64,000 nt of DNA from Ruminococcus sp. (GCA_020024635.1 JAHHTL010000002.1:19139-83138); one strand, 5' to 3'; positions 48,714 through 56,832 are shown, counted from the stretch's first letter. The notes: generated by a model not told the origin, from the letters alone. Numbers and translations are program-made.

Positions 48714-50048
48714 ATGCAGACAAAAAAAGAAAGAGAATCATTTGGTACAAAATTTGGTTTTATTGTTGCGTGTGTTGGTTCAGCAGTAGGGATGGGAAAT
48801 ATTTGGATGTTTCCGTATAGAACAGGAGCCTTTGGAGGTGCTGCGTTTCTCATTCCGTACTTCATTTTTGTAATTCTGCTAGGGTTCTCTGGAGTTATTG
48901 GAGAAATGGCGTTTGGTCGGAGTTGTCAGACAGGACCGCTAGGCGCTTTTTCAAAAGCAATGGAGATGCGCTTCGGAAAGAAGGGAAAAGGAGCCGGAAA
49001 GCTAATTGGGATGATTCCGGTCATAGGATCCCTTGGAATTGCGATTGGATATTCTGTTGTTGTTGGGTGGTTTATCAAATACCTTTTTAGTGCATTGACT
49101 GGAGAGTTAGCCCAAATAGACAATATGGGAAGCTATTTTGGAAATCTTGCAGTGGAGTTTGGAAGTGTGGGTTGGCAACTACTTGGGCTTGCCATTACCT
49201 TTGTGATTATGGTGTTTGGGATCAACAAAGGAATTGAAAAAATGAATAAATTTATGATGCCTATATTTTTCCTATTTTTTATAGCGTTGTTTGTTCGGGT
49301 GGCGACTCTTCCGGGGGCGATAGAAGGATACCGATATTTATTTGTGCCAGATTGGAAACAACTTGGGAATGTAAAGACATGGGTGTATGCACTAGGGCAA
49401 GCATTTTTCTCTTTATCCTTAGCAGGGTCAGGAACAATTGTCTATGGAAGTTATCTTAGAAAAGATGTAAATATCGTAGAGTGTGCAAAAAATGTAGCGT
49501 TTTTTGATACATGTGCGGCACTTCTTGCCGGTGTGGTTGTGATTCCGGCGGTGTTTGCATTCGGATTAGATGTATCGAGTGGTCCGCCGCTTATGTTTAT
49601 TACCCTTCCGGCGGTATTTCAGAAAATGCCTTTTGGAGAAGTTTTTGCGGTGATCTTTTTTGTGGCAGTTTTATTTGCAGCATTAACTTCGCTTGTAAAT
49701 TTGTTTGAAACACCAATAGAAGCGATTCAGGAGCAGTTAAAACTTTCTAGAGGAAAGGCGGTAAGTGTGGTAGCCGTTATATCAGCAATAATCGGGATTT
49801 TCATAGAAAGTGGAAATGCGGTGGGAATGTGGATGGATGCGGTATCCATTTATATTATACCACTGGGAGCATTGCTTGCAGGAATTATGTTTTACTGGAT
49901 CTGCCCAAAAGGGTATGCCAGGGAGCAAGTAGAGATTGGAAGTAACAAATCTTTGGGACGTTGGTTCGAACCTCTTACAAAGTATGTATTTGTCGGGATT
50001 ACATTGATTGTATATGTACTTGGAATTTTCTTCGGAGGAATTGGATAA
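48714..50048 (+). CDS. sodium-dependent transporter (neurotransmitter:sodium symporter / SNF family)
   Basis: NSS signature GSAVGMGNIWMFPY. About 11-12 TM helices. The ATG at 48714 is the first start downstream of the tRNA and its terminator. Confidence 0.85.
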   Translation: MQTKKERESFGTKFGFIVACVGSAVGMGNIWMFPYRTGAFGGAAFLIPYFIFVILLGFSGVIGEMAFGRSCQTGPLGAFSKAMEMRFGKKGKGAGKLIGMIPVIGSLGIAIGYSVVVGWFIKYLFSALTGELAQIDNMGSYFGNLAVEFGSVGWQLLGLAITFVIMVFGINKGIEKMNKFMMPIFFLFFIALFVRVATLPGAIEGYRYLFVPDWKQLGNVKTWVYALGQAFFSLSLAGSGTIVYGSYLRKDVNIVECAKNVAFFDTCAALLAGVVVIPAVFAFGLDVSSGPPLMFITLPAVFQKMPFGEVFAVIFFVAVLFAALTSLVNLFETPIEAIQEQLKLSRGKAVSVVAVISAIIGIFIESGNAVGMWMDAVSIYIIPLGALLAGIMFYWICPKGYAREQVEIGSNKSLGRWFEPLTKYVFVGITLIVYVLGIFFGGIG

Positions 50049-50065
50049 AAAAATAAAAAAAGTGC

Positions 50066-50094
50066 TTGATTTTTTGGGGGCCATATGATAATAT
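50066..50094 (+). promoter_or_regulatory. sigma-A promoter for tRNA-Glu/tRNA-Cys
   Basis: TTGATT (50066-50071), 17-nt spacer, TAATAT (50089-50094). Confidence 0.55.
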
Positions 50095-50131
50095 AAAAAA
50101 CGGTCACGGAAAAAGTGACTGTAAGAGATAT

Positions 50132-50203
50132 GGCTCCTTGGTCAAGCGGTTAAGACATCGCCCTTTCACGGCGGTAACACGGGTTCGATTCCCGTAGGAG
50201 TCA
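50132..50203 (+). tRNA. tRNA-Glu (anticodon UUC)
   Basis: GGCTCCTTGGTCAAGCGGTTAAGAC... Anticodon loop CTTTCAC. T-arm ACGGG-TTCGATT-CCCGT. Confidence 0.9.
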
Positions 50204-50208
50204 TTTGC

Positions 50209-50279
50209 GGCGCAGTAGCCAAGTGGTAAGGCGTGGGTCTGCAACACCCTGATCATCGGTTCAAATCCGATCTGTGCCT
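50209..50279 (+). tRNA. tRNA-Cys (anticodon GCA), copy 1
   Basis: Acceptor GGCGCAG/CTGTGCC with discriminator U73. Short 3-bp D-stem. Anticodon loop CTGCAAC. T-arm ATCGG-TTCAAAT-CCGAT. Confidence 0.9.
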
Positions 50280-50284
50280 CTAAA

Positions 50285-50325
50285 AGTCTTAAGTGATGAT
50301 TTATCATACGCTTAAGGCTTTTTTG
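50285..50325 (+). terminator. rho-independent terminator after tRNA-Cys copy 1
   Basis: Stem AGTCTTAAG / CTTAAGGCT (9 bp, one G-U pair), followed by TTTTTT. Confidence 0.8.
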
Positions 50326-50432
50326 TTTACACTTTTTCGCAAGATTTAAAGCGATTTGTGGAAGATCAAGAGAAATTCTATCTATTTTATCTAAAATAGT
50401 CTAATTTATTCAAAAAAAATACCCTCAAAATT

Positions 50433-50468
50433 AAAAAAAGGACTTCAAAGTAAACTACCTTAAAGTCC
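50433..50468 (-). terminator. rho-independent terminator after tRNA-Cys copy 2 (minus strand)
   Basis: Minus-strand hairpin GGACTTTAAGG / CTTTGAAGTCC, followed by TTTTTTT. Confidence 0.8.
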
Positions 50469-50478
50469 CATAAAGAAG

Positions 50479-50549
50479 AGGCACAGATCGGATTTGAACC
50501 GATGATCAGGGTGTTGCAGACCCACGCCTTACCACTTGGCTACTGCGCC
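50479..50549 (-). tRNA. tRNA-Cys (anticodon GCA), copy 2, inverted and identical to copy 1
   Basis: The reverse complement of 50479-50549 equals 50209-50279 at all 71 positions. Confidence 0.9.
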
Positions 50550-50580
50550 ATTGATTACATTCTATCCATATAACTTCTTT

Positions 50581-50609
50581 ATTATACCAATAAAATGTAA
50601 AAGCGTCAA
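50581..50609 (-). promoter_or_regulatory. sigma-A promoter dedicated to tRNA-Cys copy 2
   Basis: On the minus strand: TTGACG (50609-50604), 17-nt spacer, TATAAT (50586-50581). Confidence 0.65.
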
Positions 50610-50610
50610 C

Positions 50611-50639
50611 TTGAAAAACAAACAATGAACTCTTATAAT
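50611..50639 (+). promoter_or_regulatory. sigma-A promoter of the LRR-VWA-AAA-sortase cassette, back-to-back with the tRNA-Cys promoter
   Basis: TTGAAA (50611-50616), 17-nt spacer, TATAAT (50634-50639). Its -35 box is 1 nt from the divergent -35 box. Confidence 0.65.
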
Positions 50640-50677
50640 GAAAAAGAAATTTAAGAAAAATAGAGGTCAGTTGTCAC

Positions 50678-51637
50678 ATGACGATAGAATATAGGATCAT
50701 AGAAAATGAAATTGAGATTATTCGGTGTTACGGAGTCGACGAAAAGATAGTGATTCCAGAGAAAATAAATGGTTTTCCGGTTACCATGATTGCGCCCTAT
50801 GCGTTTTCAGACCGAAAAAGACAGGAAGAAAACGAGGTTCTTGTACAGGAAGAAGAATCAGATCGTTTGTTTCGAGATCAATTTCGTTTGTTGGCGGGGG
50901 CATATGTGAAAGAAATTGTATTTCCGGATAGCGTGAAAAGAATTGGTAATTATATCTTTTATGGATGCAAAAATTTAAAAGCGCTTTCATTTTCCAATTT
51001 GCTTACGCAGATTGGAAGTGGGGCCTTTACAGGATGTGGAAGGCTAGGTCAATTATCTGTGAATATGATTATAGGAAAACAATCTTGTGTAAAAGAAATA
51101 TTAGAAGATCTTTGGCAGAGAATGGATGTGATTTTTACATATTCCAAGGGGCAAACTGTGGTGAAAGTGGTTTTTCCAGAGCATTATGAAGAAGCAGTGG
51201 AAAACACGCCGGCCAGAATTTTGTTTACAAAGCATCATGGTTCTGGGAATGATTATCGGCAGTGCTTTTATGAAAGAACGTTGGATTATGAAAAATATGA
51301 TCGCATCTTTCCGCTTGCAGCAGCGAGAGAGAAGATAGAGGTGTTAATTGCTATTATCTTTTCTAGATTGCTGTATCCGCAACAACTCTCTGAAAAAGCA
51401 AAAGAAAAATATGTTGCTTTCGTGAAAGAGAATATTACACGGATTCTACCTGTCCTTTTAAAAGGAAATGCAATGGAGGAGATTCAGTGTATCACGCGCT
51501 ATCATGCCTGGACAGAAGAGGGAATTGACGCTGCCATAGAAATGGCTTCGACATCTCAAAAAGCAGAGATCACCGGGTACCTCATGAATCAAAAGCAGAG
51601 AGAGTTTAAGGCGAAAAAGAAAAAATATTTGTTGTAA
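50678..51637 (+). CDS. cytoplasmic leucine-rich repeat protein (BspA-type LRR_5 repeats) with helical C-terminal half
   Basis: Repeats of the IPxxVxxIGxxAFxxCxxL type: VIPEKINGFPVTMIAPYAF, VFPDSVKRIGNYIFYGCKNLKAL and LTQIGSGAFTGCGRLGQL. No signal peptide and no TM. Confidence 0.75.
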   Translation: MTIEYRIIENEIEIIRCYGVDEKIVIPEKINGFPVTMIAPYAFSDRKRQEENEVLVQEEESDRLFRDQFRLLAGAYVKEIVFPDSVKRIGNYIFYGCKNLKALSFSNLLTQIGSGAFTGCGRLGQLSVNMIIGKQSCVKEILEDLWQRMDVIFTYSKGQTVVKVVFPEHYEEAVENTPARILFTKHHGSGNDYRQCFYERTLDYEKYDRIFPLAAAREKIEVLIAIIFSRLLYPQQLSEKAKEKYVAFVKENITRILPVLLKGNAMEEIQCITRYHAWTEEGIDAAIEMASTSQKAEITGYLMNQKQREFKAKKKKYLL

Positions 51638-51661
51638 AAATCGGAAGGAGGGGAGAGAAAG

Positions 51662-53044
51662 GTGAAAAAATGGGAGGAGTTTGACGAAAAGGAAGCAATC
51701 ATTCGCTTAGATGAGCTGGGAAAACAGATTCTTTTTGCGGCGAGAGATGAATTATATATGGGCATGCGTTTTCTGGATGTTGCATTATGTAGTTTTGATT
51801 ATGCAATGGATACGACTATTTCTCCATTTGGAACAGATGGGAGAATCATCTATTTCCACCCACAGCAACTAGGGGGAATGTATCGAACAAATAGAGTGGA
51901 AGTGAATAGAGGGTATCTTCACATGGTAATGCACTGCATTTTCCGACATTTTCTAAAAGGAGATCAAACGGATTTATATTGGAATTTGAGTTGCGATATT
52001 GCAGTAGAGAGAATCATGGATGGATTTTTTCACCGTTCTGTTCGACACCCTAAAAGTCTGTTGAGAAGGGAAACCTATAGAAAATTAGAACGTGCAAAAA
52101 AAGTACTAAATGCAGAAAGAATCTATGTACTGTTAAAGCAATGGAACTTAACGGAAAAAGAATTTCATAAGATAGCCCAAGAATTTTATGTAGATGATCA
52201 TAAATATTGGATTTCGGATGATCCACAAAAAAAGCCAGATCCAAATTTGCAACAAAAATGGAAAGATCTGGAGGAAAAAATGGAAACGGATTTGGAGACG
52301 TTTTCAAAAGAGGCTGTGGAACAAACCGGAGAGTTACTTGGACAGATCAAAATAGAAAATCGAGAAAAGTACGATTATAAAAAATTTCTTAGAAAATTTG
52401 CAGTTATGCGAGAAGAAATCGGAGTAGATCCAGATTCATTTGATTATTCTTTTTATAGTTACGGACTTCGGTTATATGGAAATATGCCTTTGATTGAGCC
52501 GCAAGAAACAAAAGAAGTTAAAAAAATCGATGACTTTGTTGTGGTAATTGATACGTCTATGTCCTGTTCTAAGGAACTTACAAAGAAGTTTTTGGAAGAA
52601 ACGTATTGTGTACTCAGCGAAGAGAATAGTTTTATGAAAAAAGTGAATGTTCACATATTGCAATGCGATGAGAAGGTGCATTCGGATGTGAAAATTACTT
52701 CAAAAGAGGAATTGAAATCCTACATGGATCATCTAGAATTGTATGGACAGGGAGGGACCGATTTTCGCCCTGCATTTGCATATGTGGAGGAGCTTTTAGA
52801 ACGGGGAGAATTTCAGCAGTTAAAGGGACTGATTTATTTTACGGACGGTTATGGGACCTATCCAAAGAAAATGCCTCGCTATAAGACTGCATTTGTGTTT
52901 ATGCAAGAGGATTATCAAGACAGAGACGTTCCGCCATGGGCTGTTAAGTTGATACTGCGGGAAGATGAATGGAACATAGAAAATGGAAAGGATAGAAATT
53001 ATGGATATAAAAAGAGCGAAACAAGAGGTGAAGAATTCGATTGA
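51662..53044 (+). CDS. DUF2201-type protein: zincin-like N-domain with degenerate active site plus VWA domain
   Basis: TDGRIIYFHP...LHMVMHCIFRH...WNLSCDIAVE layout. HMxxH stands where HExxH is expected. VWA MIDAS residues VVIDTSMSCS, GGTDF and YFTDGYG. GTG start with strong RBS GGAAGGAGGGGAG. Confidence 0.75.
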   Translation: MKKWEEFDEKEAIIRLDELGKQILFAARDELYMGMRFLDVALCSFDYAMDTTISPFGTDGRIIYFHPQQLGGMYRTNRVEVNRGYLHMVMHCIFRHFLKGDQTDLYWNLSCDIAVERIMDGFFHRSVRHPKSLLRRETYRKLERAKKVLNAERIYVLLKQWNLTEKEFHKIAQEFYVDDHKYWISDDPQKKPDPNLQQKWKDLEEKMETDLETFSKEAVEQTGELLGQIKIENREKYDYKKFLRKFAVMREEIGVDPDSFDYSFYSYGLRLYGNMPLIEPQETKEVKKIDDFVVVIDTSMSCSKELTKKFLEETYCVLSEENSFMKKVNVHILQCDEKVHSDVKITSKEELKSYMDHLELYGQGGTDFRPAFAYVEELLERGEFQQLKGLIYFTDGYGTYPKKMPRYKTAFVFMQEDYQDRDVPPWAVKLILREDEWNIENGKDRNYGYKKSETRGEEFD

Positions 53045-54512
53045 AGCTTATCTTTTAAAAGATGAGTATGGGAACTATAGAATTCCAGTCATCCGACAAA
53101 GACCTGTGTTTTTGATTGGACCACCGGGAATAGGAAAGACACAGATTATGGAACAGATTGCAAAAGAATGTAAAATTGCATTGGTTTCTTATACCATTAC
53201 ACATCATACCAGACAAAGTGCAGTGGGACTTCCTTTTATAAAAGAGAAAACGTATGAGGGTAAAACTTATTCGGTGACCGAATATACAATGAGTGAAATT
53301 ATTGCATCGGTGTACGAAAAGATGGAGCAGACAGGCTTAAAAGAAGGGATTTTGTTTATCGATGAAATTAATTGTGTATCAGAGACACTTGCGCCTACGA
53401 TGTTGCAGTTTTTGCAAGGAAAAACATTTGGAAATCAGAAAGTGCCAGAAGGATGGGTAATTGTAGCCGCAGGAAATCCACCAGAATACAATAAATCTGT
53501 AAGAGAATTTGACGTAGTGACTTTGGATCGAATTAAAAAGATTGATGTAGAAAGCAATTTTGAAGTTTGGAAGGAATATGCATATAAACACGAAATACAT
53601 GCAGCTGTGATTTCCTATTTGGAATTAAGAAAAGAGAATTTTTATCGAATAGAGACAACGGTGGATGGAAAATATTTTGCCACTGCAAGAGGATGGGAAG
53701 ATCTTTCGCAGTTCATAAAAACATATGAATATTTAGGAAAAACAGTAGATCGAGAAGTAATACTTCAGTATATTCAGCACACGAAAATTGCAAAGGATTT
53801 TGCGAATTATTTGGAATTATATTACAAATATAAAAAAGACTATGCAATCGAACAGCTTTTAGACGGTCACTGGGATGTGGGAACGTTAAAGAAAATAAGA
53901 ACAGCGCAGTTTGATGAACATTTAAGTATCATCAGTCTTTTAAATGGAAAATTAGGGGAACACTTTAAAATTTGTTATGAAAATAGTAATTCTATTGAAA
54001 AACTTTATGATTATTTGTTGATTTATAAGCAAAATCACGATACACTGCATATGGAAGATATCGTAAAGAAAGCGGATTCTGATTGGAAGGAAAAAAAGAA
54101 ATCAGAACTTCTTACCCGTCAGGAAGATAAGATGTTCCGACGGACTGTGGATACGTTGGAAACCTTTTCCATGAATATGAAAGGGAAGTCCTATACGAAC
54201 CAACAAGCGTTTGATCGGGTTAAAACGCTGTTTGATGAGTTGGTAGCAGAAGAAGAAAAAGAAACGCAAAAAACAGCAGAACAATTGGAAAATGTATTCC
54301 GTTTTCTGGAAGAAGCTTTTGGAGAAAGCCAAGAAATGGTTGCCTTTATTACAGAATTAAATGCAAATTATTATAGTATGTGGTTCATTAAAGAAAATGG
54401 CAGCGATTTATATTTTAAATATAATAAAGGACTTTTATTTGATGCGCGTCAAAAGAAACTCGTACATCAAATGGAAGATATTGAAGAAATGTTGAATTTT
54501 ACGTTAAAATAA
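53001..54512 (+). CDS. MoxR-like AAA+ ATPase (AAA_5 type) with ~300-aa helical C-terminal extension
   Basis: Walker A LIGPPGIGKTQ, Walker B ILFIDEINC, sensor-1 VIVAAGNPPEY. Start at 53001 or 52983; either way it overlaps the VWA gene by 44-62 nt. Confidence 0.8.
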   Translation: MDIKRAKQEVKNSIEAYLLKDEYGNYRIPVIRQRPVFLIGPPGIGKTQIMEQIAKECKIALVSYTITHHTRQSAVGLPFIKEKTYEGKTYSVTEYTMSEIIASVYEKMEQTGLKEGILFIDEINCVSETLAPTMLQFLQGKTFGNQKVPEGWVIVAAGNPPEYNKSVREFDVVTLDRIKKIDVESNFEVWKEYAYKHEIHAAVISYLELRKENFYRIETTVDGKYFATARGWEDLSQFIKTYEYLGKTVDREVILQYIQHTKIAKDFANYLELYYKYKKDYAIEQLLDGHWDVGTLKKIRTAQFDEHLSIISLLNGKLGEHFKICYENSNSIEKLYDYLLIYKQNHDTLHMEDIVKKADSDWKEKKKSELLTRQEDKMFRRTVDTLETFSMNMKGKSYTNQQAFDRVKTLFDELVAEEEKETQKTAEQLENVFRFLEEAFGESQEMVAFITELNANYYSMWFIKENGSDLYFKYNKGLLFDARQKKLVHQMEDIEEMLNFTLK

Positions 54513-54540
54513 CAGGTGGATTATAGAAGAAGGATAGAAC

Positions 54541-55323
54541 ATGAGCAAAAAACAGAATCGAAAAAAAAAGAGAAAAAAGACTGTGGGAGAAAAGATCCTA
54601 AACGTCTTATTGTATACCGCAATTGCAGTTTTTGTTTTTTCGCTGATAAAAGTTGTGGTTATGTTGGCTCCCTATTACAGTGGAGAAAAAACGTATGACC
54701 AAGTAAAAGCGGATGCAATTATTGTGGAAGATAAGGACAAAGAAGAGAAGCCTGCATTTCAGGTGGATTTTAAAATGTTAAAAGCGGAAAATCCAGATAC
54801 CGTCGGTTGGATCCGTTTTGAAGAACCATCGGTCATTAGTTATCCGATTGTGAAGAGTTTGGATAATCAGGAATATTTGACTTTAACATTTTCCAGAACA
54901 CCAAACAAATTAGGAGCCATATTTATGGATAAAGATAATTCTTCTGATTTTTCTGATCGGAATACCATTATATATGGTCATAATATGATGGTAGGGGAGC
55001 AAATGTTTACCAGTCTTCATAACTATAACGAAGAAGAATTTTTACGCAAACATCCATACTTCTATATTTACGATTTAGAGAATAAAGAAATGAAGTTTCG
55101 TATTTTTTCTGTCGGCGAAATAAAGAGTGAAGAAGACAATTATAGGATTGATTTTCCAACAGAAGAGTCGGTAAATGAATTTTTAGAAACATGTAAATAT
55201 TCGTCTTACTATGATGTGGATGTAAAGCTAGATGCAGAGTCGAAAATTGTCACGCTGTCTACATGCACAGATTCCAATAGTGAGGAGAGTCGTTTTGTAA
55301 TACAAGGGGTGCTGGAGGAATAG
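54541..55323 (+). CDS. srtB: class B sortase
   Basis: Basic N-terminus plus a TM anchor. Catalytic His in IIYGHNM, Cys in TLSTCT and Arg in RFVIQG. 260 aa. Confidence 0.85.
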   Translation: MSKKQNRKKKRKKTVGEKILNVLLYTAIAVFVFSLIKVVVMLAPYYSGEKTYDQVKADAIIVEDKDKEEKPAFQVDFKMLKAENPDTVGWIRFEEPSVISYPIVKSLDNQEYLTLTFSRTPNKLGAIFMDKDNSSDFSDRNTIIYGHNMMVGEQMFTSLHNYNEEEFLRKHPYFYIYDLENKEMKFRIFSVGEIKSEEDNYRIDFPTEESVNEFLETCKYSSYYDVDVKLDAESKIVTLSTCTDSNSEESRFVIQGVLEE

Positions 55324-55325
55324 GT

Positions 55326-55514
55326 ATGGAGAATAAGTTTGAAGTTGGCGATGTGATTAAAATGAAAAAAGCACATCCATGTGGAAGTTATGAATGGCAG
55401 ATTTTGCGCGTAGGAGCAGATTTTCGATTAAAATGTACAGGGTGTGGACATCAAATTATGATTGCAAGGAAATTGGTGGAGAAGAATACAAAAGAAATTC
55501 GTAAAAAGGCTTGA
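55326..55514 (+). CDS. DUF951 family small protein
   Basis: 62 aa. MKKAHPCGS..W.ILRVGADFRLKCTGCGH, the Cys4-type motif typical of DUF951. This family is commonly found upstream of rpsF in Firmicutes. Confidence 0.8.
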   Translation: MENKFEVGDVIKMKKAHPCGSYEWQILRVGADFRLKCTGCGHQIMIARKLVEKNTKEIRKKA

Positions 55515-55539
55515 TATAAAAGAAAATCTATGCTATCAT
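55511..55539 (+). promoter_or_regulatory. sigma-A promoter of rpsF-ssb-rpsR
   Basis: TTGATA (55511-55516), 17-nt spacer, TATCAT (55534-55539). Confidence 0.6.
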
Positions 55540-55545
55540 ATGTAT

Positions 55546-55642
55546 TCGTGACGTACTGTGAAATTTGATGATTTCACGTAAATCAAAATTCCTTGTTCCC
55601 GTGGAAATTGGGAGCCAGAGACCATAAGGAGGTGCAAAAGAC
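55546..55642 (+). ncRNA. structured rpsF 5' leader (candidate S6:S18 autoregulatory element)
   Basis: About 97-nt leader with hairpin TGTGAAAT/ATTTCACG (55557-55578). An alternative pairing TTTGAT/ATCAAA exists. Lies upstream of the GGAGG RBS. Confidence 0.35.
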
Positions 55643-55930
55643 ATGAACAAGTACGAATTAGCTGTTGTAGTCAGTGCAAAAATCGAAGACGACGCTAGAG
55701 CAGAAGTTGTTGAAAAAGTGAAAGAATTAATCACACGTTTTGGCGGCAATGTTACTGACGTTGATGAATGGGGTAAGAGAAGATTTGCTTACGAAATTCA
55801 GAAAATGAAAGAAGGATTTTACTATTTCATCCACTTCGAATCTGATAGTACTGTTCCAGGAGAAGTGGAAAACCGTATCCGCATCATGGACAATGTACTC
55901 AGATATTTATGCGTTAAACAGGAAGCATAG
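55643..55930 (+). CDS. rpsF: 30S ribosomal protein S6
   Basis: MNKYELAVVV...WGKRRFAYEI. 95 aa. Confidence 0.95.
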   Translation: MNKYELAVVVSAKIEDDARAEVVEKVKELITRFGGNVTDVDEWGKRRFAYEIQKMKEGFYYFIHFESDSTVPGEVENRIRIMDNVLRYLCVKQEA

Positions 55931-55944
55931 AGAAAGAGGTAAAT

Positions 55945-56388
55945 ATGAATAAAGTTGTTTTAGTAGGGCGTCTTACAAGAGACCCTGAAGTGAGATATTC
56001 ACAAGGTGAGCATGCAACTGCTGTTGCCAGATATACATTAGCAGTTGATCGTAGATTCAGAAGAGACAATGAACCCACAGCAGACTTTATTCCGTGTGTA
56101 GTTTTTGGCCGTTCCGGTGAATTTGCTGAGAAGTATTTTCGTCAGGGAATGCGTGTATCTGTCTCAGGACGTATCCAGACAGGAAGCTATACAAACAAAG
56201 ATGGAATGAAAGTTTATACAACGGAAGTAGTTGTTGAAGAACAAGAATTTGCAGAAAGCAGAGCTGAAAGCGAAGCGAATAGAAATTCCTTTAGTCAGCC
56301 GGCAAGAAACTCATCTCCAAGTGTTGATGCAGGTGACGGATTCATGAATATTCCAGATGGAATCGATGAGGAGTTACCATTCACATAG
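55945..56388 (+). CDS. ssb: single-stranded DNA-binding protein
   Basis: OB-fold MNKVVLVGRLTRDPE and an acidic tail ending DEELPF(T). Confidence 0.95.
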   Translation: MNKVVLVGRLTRDPEVRYSQGEHATAVARYTLAVDRRFRRDNEPTADFIPCVVFGRSGEFAEKYFRQGMRVSVSGRIQTGSYTNKDGMKVYTTEVVVEEQEFAESRAESEANRNSFSQPARNSSPSVDAGDGFMNIPDGIDEELPFT

Positions 56389-56435
56389 GATATCGTTGTG
56401 AATCTCGCGATGATTAATATAGGAGGTAAAGCGAA

Positions 56436-56702
56436 ATGGCTTTCGAAAAAGGTAGCAGACCAGAAGGCGGCTTCAAGAGAAGAGGTCCAGCCCGTAGAAG
56501 AAAAAAAGTTTGTGTATTCTGTGGTAAAGAGAATAACGAAATCGATTATAAAGACGTAGCAAAATTAAAGAAATATATCTCTGAAAGAGGTAAAATTCTT
56601 CCTAGAAGAATCACAGGAAACTGTGCAAAACATCAGAGAGCGATCACTGTAGCAATCAAGAGAGCAAGACATATTGCTTTAATGCCATACGTTCAGGATT
56701 AA
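56436..56702 (+). CDS. rpsR: 30S ribosomal protein S18
   Basis: [10 protein letters not shown]...[24 protein letters not shown]. Confidence 0.95.
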   Translation: MAFEKGSRPEGGFKRRGPARRRKKVCVFCGKENNEIDYKDVAKLKKYISERGKILPRRITGNCAKHQRAITVAIKRARHIALMPYVQD

Positions 56703-56715
56703 TCAGTAGAGATAG

Positions 56716-56751
56716 GATGCTGTTGTAGTAAATACAATGGCATCTTTTTTT
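56716..56751 (+). terminator. rho-independent terminator after rpsR
   Basis: Stem GATGCTGTTGTA / TACAATGGCATC (two mismatches), followed by TTTTTTT. Confidence 0.75.
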
Positions 56752-56765
56752 GTGCTTTATGCTAC

Positions 56766-56794
56766 TTGACGGAAAAAGGAATTATCCCTATAAT
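56766..56794 (+). promoter_or_regulatory. sigma-A promoter for the AI-2E transporter gene
   Basis: TTGACG (56766-56771), 17-nt spacer, TATAAT (56789-56794). Confidence 0.55.
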
Positions 56795-56832
56795 AGCTGT
56801 ACAGTGATAACAGATTAGAAGGTGGAGATTAC

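Noticed and set aside
50104-50307. 67-aa minus-strand ORF
   Set aside because: It lies entirely on top of the tRNA-Glu and tRNA-Cys genes, so it is an artefact of the open frame.
48351-50677. Integrated mobile element at the tRNA cluster
   Set aside because: There is no integrase, recombinase, transposase or phage gene within the window. There is also no direct repeat of a tRNA 3' end. The only repeat is the full-length inverted tRNA-Cys copy.
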